A DNA stretch of 55,404 bases. It comes from an uncultured virus (IMG/VR IMGVR_UViG_3300010223_000002) (Duplodnaviria; Heunggongvirae; Uroviricota; Caudoviricetes). The stretch lies in the IMG/VR virus record IMGVR_UViG_3300010223_000002; one strand, given 5' to 3'. The notes beneath the pieces are model-generated. The model was not told where the DNA came from. It saw only the letters and a program-made list of their open reading frames with translations, and made no database searches. Positions 49,095-55,404 of this stretch are shown here, piece by piece. Position numbers and translations under genes: made by a program. Within the stretch, counting starts at the first letter, position 1. Every line of letters starts with the position of its first letter.

Positions 49095-51710
49095 ATGTCT
49101 AAAAAAATTAATAAAATAGCAATTCCATCTGTCAAAGCTGGTTTTTTGAAAGATGTGTTTAATCCAACTGATCTATTGAAAAAACCTGGCATCTATACTA
49201 CATATTCTACAACAGATGCATATCCAGTTATTATGGCTATGATAAACGCTGGATTAATAGAACATGTACAAACCAATTATATAGATGAAACAACACAACA
49301 ACCTATAGTTAGAGTACATAAGAGAAAAATGAACGGTAAAATATTCGAACCTAATCCAGAAGATGGTAAAAAGATTTCTATTCCTTTTAAAGTATCTAGA
49401 CAGGTTATAAGCGGTGATCAAGCTTTAAGAACATATGCAGCTGGTTGGCAAAAAATATGGTGGAGAGAAGCTATCCAGAATGCAAAAGATGCAAAAGCGA
49501 ATATTATAGATTGTGGATCAGTAGAACAAGAAAACGGTAATTGGCTAATATGGTGTGAAGATAATGGCAGTGGTATGGATTTAGAAACGCTTACAGAAGC
49601 ATTTCTAGCACTAGGCGGAACTGGTGGTAAAACAGAAAGTGGTCAAAATGTAGGTGGATTCGGTAAAGCAAAAGAAATATTGCTACTTCCGTGGATATAC
49701 TTTAAAGTCCATACTAGAGATAATATAGCATACAGTGATAAAGCTACTAGAACAGGTGAAAAATTTGCAGATATAACTACCGGAAATAAACGTCTTCAAG
49801 GAACTAGACTTGAAGTATTAATGCCAGCTGCTGAACATACAGACATATCATATCTGCTTGCATTTTTGAAACTATGCAATACGCCTGGAGTTACATACAA
49901 AGTTACTGGTAAATTTGGAACAAATTCAGTAGAAACTAAAGTCATTAAAGCTAATTTAGGAACAGGCAGAGCTACTGAATTTTCTATCGGAGATGAAGAA
50001 CAACCAGCAGAATTTGATATGATGGGGAGTTATCAAACCTTCACAGTTATGCCTGATGGCAGCGTTAAAACCGAAAAAATATCAGATACTCTATTAGCTA
50101 AAGCATATGTAAGAAAACAACCAAAAAACCCAGTTTCTACTCAAGAAGTATTGATAAGAGACCGTGGCGTATTTATGTTCGGTCTACCGATTAATTATGA
50201 ATTCTCAAGAAAATATGTTGCTTTCGTAGAATTACAAGTACCATCCAAATTCGTTTTAACTGAAAATAGAGATGGATGGAGAAATGCGAATTTATCTAAT
50301 CAAGTATACAGCTTCATAAGTGATATTAACAGAAAACAAGATAGACTGTTCAAAGAACAGAAAAAACTATTCTTCAAAAAGTATTATGGTGAAGGTGGAT
50401 TCGCAGCTGAAGAACGTAAACGTAGAGAATCAGAGGTGCAGGCAGCAGAAATAGCTTTATCAACTGGAAACGTTAAAGTAATAACAGATCCTACCGGTAA
50501 AAAAGTAGTAACTATACCAGAAATGTCTATTACTGAAATAGGCAACTTTATAAAAGAATTCTCAAAAGGAGCTAGTAGAAACGTAGAAACAGAAATTTCA
50601 AATATAAGTTCTGAAACAGCTATTGCAATTATTAAAGGAACCAAATTCAGAGGACCAGATCAACTAAATAACGCTATCAAAAATATAGTTTGGAAACCTA
50701 ATTTTGCTGTTAAAAATGAAAAAGAAGGGCAACAACCGCCTAAGAAGTTTTATCCAGAAACTATGTCTCCAGGTGTACTTAGACTAGCTAAATATTGGAC
50801 AGAATTCGTTAGATGGACTCTGTCTCAATTAGACATATATAGAGAATTCAATGTTGGATTTGTATTCACAACAGACGCACAAGCTATGTATGTAAGAGAA
50901 AATGGTGAAGAATGGATTTTACTTAATCCGATTATATTGACGCCTGAATCTGCAAAACAAAAACGATGGATAGATTCAGGACAAATGATAAAAACTAATA
51001 ATGAAGAACATCTTAGACTACTATATGCAGCTGCTATTCACGAATGCACACATATGGCAACTGGTCTAAGTGACTTTGATATAGAATTCCCAGTAGCTCT
51101 TACTTACAACATAGCCAAATGTGCTGGATTCAAAGAAGTAAAAAAGATAGCTAAAACAATAGTATCTGAAAGCATCAAACAAGAACGTATAAATCGTCCT
51201 ATTGGAAGCACTATTAAACCAGCTACACAAGAAACTGGTCTATTTTATGTAGAAAGAGCCGGTAAGGGTAGACCAAAAGTTGTTAAAACATTTGGCGTTC
51301 CATCTGAAATTCAATTCAAATATATGTGGGAAAATAAACCTGAAGATGGATGGAAAGGTCTTGATGCTAGATTAGAAATAACAGTAGATAATAAAGTAGT
51401 CTTTTCTGACTACGCAAATATTGGTAAATTTTTAGAAGATTTGTTCGCTCAATGGTGGAAGATAAGATACGGAAGCACTAATACATTACAAGTGTTATCT
51501 GGACTGTATATAATGAGTAATGGTGAAACTATCACCTTCGAGTCAGATAGTATGGATGTAACTAGCCGAGTAGATATTCGCAGCTTTATACTAGTAATGA
51601 ATCAAATGATGCAAGAAATTATAACAAAACGCATAAACTTTATAGTTTCTAAAAGCGGTAACGCTAAAGCTAGAAATCTTAGAAACGAATGGAAGAAACT
51701 TAGATCTTAA
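49095..51710 (+). CDS. GHKL (HSP90/MORC-like) ATPase fused to an HExxH metallopeptidase-like region
   Basis: REAIQNAKDA, EDNGSGM, GGFGKAK, GTRLEV; later AAIHECTH. Confidence 0.75.
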   Translation: MSKKINKIAIPSVKAGFLKDVFNPTDLLKKPGIYTTYSTTDAYPVIMAMINAGLIEHVQTNYIDETTQQPIVRVHKRKMNGKIFEPNPEDGKKISIPFKVSRQVISGDQALRTYAAGWQKIWWREAIQNAKDAKANIIDCGSVEQENGNWLIWCEDNGSGMDLETLTEAFLALGGTGGKTESGQNVGGFGKAKEILLLPWIYFKVHTRDNIAYSDKATRTGEKFADITTGNKRLQGTRLEVLMPAAEHTDISYLLAFLKLCNTPGVTYKVTGKFGTNSVETKVIKANLGTGRATEFSIGDEEQPAEFDMMGSYQTFTVMPDGSVKTEKISDTLLAKAYVRKQPKNPVSTQEVLIRDRGVFMFGLPINYEFSRKYVAFVELQVPSKFVLTENRDGWRNANLSNQVYSFISDINRKQDRLFKEQKKLFFKKYYGEGGFAAEERKRRESEVQAAEIALSTGNVKVITDPTGKKVVTIPEMSITEIGNFIKEFSKGASRNVETEISNISSETAIAIIKGTKFRGPDQLNNAIKNIVWKPNFAVKNEKEGQQPPKKFYPETMSPGVLRLAKYWTEFVRWTLSQLDIYREFNVGFVFTTDAQAMYVRENGEEWILLNPIILTPESAKQKRWIDSGQMIKTNNEEHLRLLYAAAIHECTHMATGLSDFDIEFPVALTYNIAKCAGFKEVKKIAKTIVSESIKQERINRPIGSTIKPATQETGLFYVERAGKGRPKVVKTFGVPSEIQFKYMWENKPEDGWKGLDARLEITVDNKVVFSDYANIGKFLEDLFAQWWKIRYGSTNTLQVLSGLYIMSNGETITFESDSMDVTSRVDIRSFILVMNQMMQEIITKRINFIVSKSGNAKARNLRNEWKKLRS

Positions 51711-52830
51711 TCATGCACCAGACGGAGTAGGTATTTGTCCAGGCGTTCCTAGTTTATCCTTAATATGATGCACATCAAAACTATCTAAACCAACGTTAGC
51801 TGCTGCTGTTCCCCACGGCTTAGCAGTATCATATGTATCCAATACATTCGTAGCTTCTCTTTGAACAAATATCTTCAATATGGAAGACTCCCATGTGTCA
51901 GGTACCATTGGTGCCGTATTGAATAGAGGTATATATATATTGTCATATATATCTCCAGGGCTTACTGTGTACGTAAATGAAAATGTTCCCCAACTAACTA
52001 CTGATGGAGTTTTTCCACCTACAGGCGTCCAATAATATTGACCATTAAAATACATATCCTGATCTACTAATGGATCAGCACAAAGCACAACATGCAAATG
52101 CGGATAAACGACAGAGCTTCTACGCCACATATGTGACATCTGAAATCTCATAGACAAACTATCATCCTGATTATTTCTAAAGAAATATTGCTTAAATTTT
52201 GTATCCCAAAACTCTTCATATGTTAAAGCTGCCCCACCTAGCCCCTGGCTAATATCTCCGGGTAAATCATCCCATCTACCCTCTGTATAAGCTATCCAAT
52301 TGCCTGGACCAGTTGTAGGTTTAATTACGACCAAATCATTTGGAACGTATCCTACTGTAACTGTGTCTAATGTGTAAAAATCTCTGTATTCTGTCAAATA
52401 TATAACTTGTCCATTAGTGTAAGTGGTCGTATTTATCGCTTTCAGACTAGCAACGTCTGGTATAATATCAAAATTAGTTACATTTATAGCGCTTAACTTA
52501 ATTACATCAGCAGCAGACATAAATCCACTAGCAATAGCTGATGCTACCGTGTGTAGCGCCCCTCCTCCACGCGTTCCGTGTTGCAAATCGCTTATTACAC
52601 CAACTTGAATATCATTTGGATTTACAATTATAGAACCATCTGCATTAGCTACTGCATTGAATGTTCTATCTGCGCTTAAATCGCCTCCTCCAGTTAATCC
52701 ATTACCAGCTATCAATTGTCTAGTAGGCAAAACAGCAGTAGTTTGAACATATCGCTTCATTCTACGATATGCTTTTTGAAATGCTTGTTCAATACCTAAC
52801 GCAGTCTCACTACCAGCAAAAAAATTGCAT
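51711..52830 (-). CDS. Tail-fibre-like virion protein; probable true start at 52830 is out of frame by one T (listed ORF starts 52760)
   Basis: AGNGLTGGGDLSADRT and SGFMSAADVIKL fibre motifs; GGAG RBS at ATG 52830 followed by a T7 tract. Confidence 0.65.
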
Positions 52831-53092
52831 TTCTAATCTCCATTCATCAAAACACTAATCCTATTTTATTACATAGTAGTGTACCATACCTTTAGTCATG
52901 TATGCAAGCAATAAATAATGAACATTAGGTACAATCAACCCTTGTCCGCTCCGATCGAACGCACTCGCTCGCGCGAAAGCAAAAGACGTGCCAAGGCTTG
53001 AGACGAAGAAAAAATACACAGTGGGGTGGTTTTGTGTTACGGTCCTGGTGCGATTCGAGCTTGGTTTGTAGTTATTTATTGGAGCATTTGTT

Positions 53093-53269
53093 ATGGAAAA
53101 TAAATGTCCTTGTTGTGGTAAAAAAATAAAGAGTGATAGTAAGAAAGGACAACTAGTTAGGAAATCTCAACCAACCGCTAACGTAGGTGCTGTTGTATAC
53201 ATTCAAAACGTCAAATATTACATATGTGAATGTAAATTTGTATTAACCTACATCGATCTGGACGACTAA
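53093..53269 (+). CDS. Small Zn-ribbon protein (not in ORF track)
   Basis: MENKCPCCG...YICEC; GGAG RBS; stop overlaps recombinase ATG. Confidence 0.55.
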   Translation: MENKCPCCGKKIKSDSKKGQLVRKSQPTANVGAVVYIQNVKYYICECKFVLTYIDLDD

Positions 53270-53958
53270 TGAAATTGGTAGGCTACATAAGGGTATCCAC
53301 TGAAGAACAAGCAAAAGAAGGCTTGTCGTTAGATGCTCAAAAAATCAAGATACAAAAATATGCATCACTATGGAATTCTAATTTAGTTGAAATAGTAGCC
53401 GATCCTGGCATTAGCGCCGGTAAACCATTAGAAGAACGCAAAGGAGGAAAACGAGTTTTAGATCTAGTCGACGAAAAGAAAGTCGATGGAGTAATAGCAT
53501 TGAAATTAGATAGACTATTTAGAAATGCATCTGATTGCTTAAATGTAGTTGAAAAATGGGACAGGGATTCTATTTCGCTTCATTTAATTGAAATGGGACA
53601 ACAGGCAGTTAATACTGCTGGACCTATGGGAAAGTTTTTTATTACTATCATGGCTGGCGTTGCTGAATTGGAACGAAACCAGATAAGAGAACGCACAGCT
53701 ATGGTAATGCAACATATGAAAGAACAAGGCTTGTACACTGGTGGCAGACCACCATATGGTTATAAAGTAGAAGATGGTCGTATCGTTGTAAATAAAGAGG
53801 AAAAAGATATCATTGATTTGATCATAACTATGAAAAGCGATGGTCATTATCTAAAACAAATAGCAGCCTATCTAAAAGAACGCGGAATAGTATCTAGAAG
53901 CGGTAAACCACTAGGTATAACTCAAATACAACGTATACTAAAGAGAGAAGAAGTATGA
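53269..53958 (+). CDS. Serine recombinase (resolvase/invertase catalytic domain plus short recombinase domain)
   Basis: YIRVSTEEQ catalytic Ser, KLDRLFRN, AELERNQIRERT, GGRPPYGY. Confidence 0.93.
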   Translation: MKLVGYIRVSTEEQAKEGLSLDAQKIKIQKYASLWNSNLVEIVADPGISAGKPLEERKGGKRVLDLVDEKKVDGVIALKLDRLFRNASDCLNVVEKWDRDSISLHLIEMGQQAVNTAGPMGKFFITIMAGVAELERNQIRERTAMVMQHMKEQGLYTGGRPPYGYKVEDGRIVVNKEEKDIIDLIITMKSDGHYLKQIAAYLKERGIVSRSGKPLGITQIQRILKREEV

Positions 53959-54593
53959 GATACGAAACTAACGCCTCCAAAATAGATATTCTCAAATGCC
54001 TAAAAACTAACCTAACTAAGACTGGACGGTCTATGGTTATGGTTAAGGCTGATAATTCTCCTAAAAAATACGTGATATATGTCATGGATGGCTTTTTAAA
54101 GCCAGAAGATAAAGAACGTATCAAGGAAGATCTAAATTGCTTCGAAATACCATACAGAGAGCGTTGTATAGCTTCAATTAGAATGATTTTTGGCTCACCA
54201 TATGAAGTTGAATTCAATTGGGCATTAGATTTTAAGAAATGTCAATCTGCAATGGTTTGCATATCTGACGCAATGGTTCTAACAGAATACATGCCACGCA
54301 AAGAACCATTGGCCGAAGATGAATTCAGTAAGGGTGTGTTTAAGGTTCCATTGCAAGACGTAATGGAAATGGAACTATTTAAACCATTTGAAAAATATAC
54401 TGATGAGGAAAAAGCAGCTATTGTAGATATACAAAAACCTGAAAAACAAGTTAAGAAAGCTCCAACTAGAACAAAAGTAAATAAAAGTGGTACAACTGTA
54501 ATTAATCCTGGCAAAATATCTGTATTGCAATACCAATACAAAAGAAAGAACAAAAATGGCAGGAAAAAGTCAACTAGAGCTACTCATAGATAA
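53955..54593 (+). CDS. Hypothetical protein
   Basis: ORF with ATGA overlap. Confidence 0.6.
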   Translation: MRYETNASKIDILKCLKTNLTKTGRSMVMVKADNSPKKYVIYVMDGFLKPEDKERIKEDLNCFEIPYRERCIASIRMIFGSPYEVEFNWALDFKKCQSAMVCISDAMVLTEYMPRKEPLAEDEFSKGVFKVPLQDVMEMELFKPFEKYTDEEKAAIVDIQKPEKQVKKAPTRTKVNKSGTTVINPGKISVLQYQYKRKNKNGRKKSTRATHR

Positions 54594-55038
54594 GGGAAAG
54601 AAAAGAAAAGCCAAATTAAAAAAGAAAAAACCAAAACCAACTATTATTCCTAACTTCAAAATATTGAACGATGGAAACAAATTAATAGCGCTATTACAAA
54701 ATTATCAATTACCGTCAAGAGCAAATATTCAAGAACATTGGGCAGTCAAAGCAAAAAGGACCAAAGAACAAAGACAAGGTATCAAATTCATACTCAATAC
54801 ATGCGAATTCAAACCAAAATTACCTATTACAATCACATTATGTCGTATTGCGCCTAAGAAATTAGATGATGGAGATAATATTGGTATGGCATTCAAAGCT
54901 ATCAAAGATGGCATAACAGATTATCTTGGATTAACTAATGATGATGATATTAGACTCAAATGGAAATATGACCAACAATCTGGCGCCCCACGATATTACG
55001 CTATCCGCGTGACACTCGAACACCACCCAACGGACTAG
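54556..55038 (+). CDS. RusA-like Holliday junction resolvase
   Basis: PSRAN, LDDGDNIGMAFKAIKDGITDYLG..DDD. Confidence 0.7.
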   Translation: MAGKSQLELLIDKGKKRKAKLKKKKPKPTIIPNFKILNDGNKLIALLQNYQLPSRANIQEHWAVKAKRTKEQRQGIKFILNTCEFKPKLPITITLCRIAPKKLDDGDNIGMAFKAIKDGITDYLGLTNDDDIRLKWKYDQQSGAPRYYAIRVTLEHHPTD

Positions 55039-55146
55039 GGCCATGCTGCCACGCAAATGGGCCTAGCTGCTCGCGTCAGGTTGGGGCGCAGGGTGCGACA
55101 CGTAGGAATCGACCTAGGCGGCAACGATTCGCAGCAATGAGGTATT

Positions 55147-55371
55147 ATGGCAACTCCACAAACATGGCACTGGGCAGCACATATCTTATCCAAAGGAAAG
55201 AATAAGTTAATATGCGATAGATGCAAAGATATTGTTGAACTTCCTATCGAACCATCGAAAGATATTGATGAACTAACGACAGAAAAAGAAAAGAAAAATT
55301 ACAGAACTATGTGGTTGTGGAGAATACGCGCGATCGGTGATTTCGTAATAAAACACAGATACTGTCAATAA
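55147..55371 (+). CDS. Small Zn-binding hypothetical protein
   Basis: CDRC...HRYC; GAGG RBS. Confidence 0.55.
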   Translation: MATPQTWHWAAHILSKGKNKLICDRCKDIVELPIEPSKDIDELTTEKEKKNYRTMWLWRIRAIGDFVIKHRYCQ

Positions 55372-55404
55372 ACTGACTTTTTCTTATCCTCGATTTCTTT
55401 CTTT

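Noticed and set aside
51711..53958. Gin/Cin-type tail-fibre inversion system
   Set aside because: No inverted alternative fibre C-termini or flanking inverted crossover sites were visible.
1..55404. Alternative genetic code
   Set aside because: Recognisable genes are full length under code 11, TAA, TAG and TGA all end genes, and no suppressor tRNA is seen.

Overview
AT-rich, gene-dense segment of what looks like a large (jumbo-type) dsDNA phage genome, with three 10-N scaffold gaps (7098-7107, 31789-31798, 44638-44647). Layout: 1-5.6 kb has virion or tail-spike-like genes. 5.6-35.9 kb is a long + strand run of small accessory genes (dUTPase, ThyX, DenV-like glycosylase, PolB-type exonuclease, GH25 lysozyme, ECF sigma factor, DNA methyltransferase, a DUF2604-like ubiquitin-fold protein) plus five tRNA genes. 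36-47.9 kb is a - strand block with 7-bladed beta-propeller paralogs and their deletion scars, lipoproteins, a kinase, a phosphatase, a GNAT and a papain-like protease. The end holds a GHKL ATPase/HExxH protein, a tail-fibre-like gene, a serine recombinase and a RusA-like nuclease. The most notable unexplained signals are: a ~760-nt densely paired non-coding region abutting tRNA-Arg; an anticodon-less 56-nt tRNA-like RNA ending in CCA; further RNA-like helices; an orphan phage ubiquitin-like protein with a capped GG terminus; an expanding and collapsing propeller gene family; and a homopolymer frameshift at the start of the tail-fibre gene. All family calls are motif recognition by eye; no searches were run.
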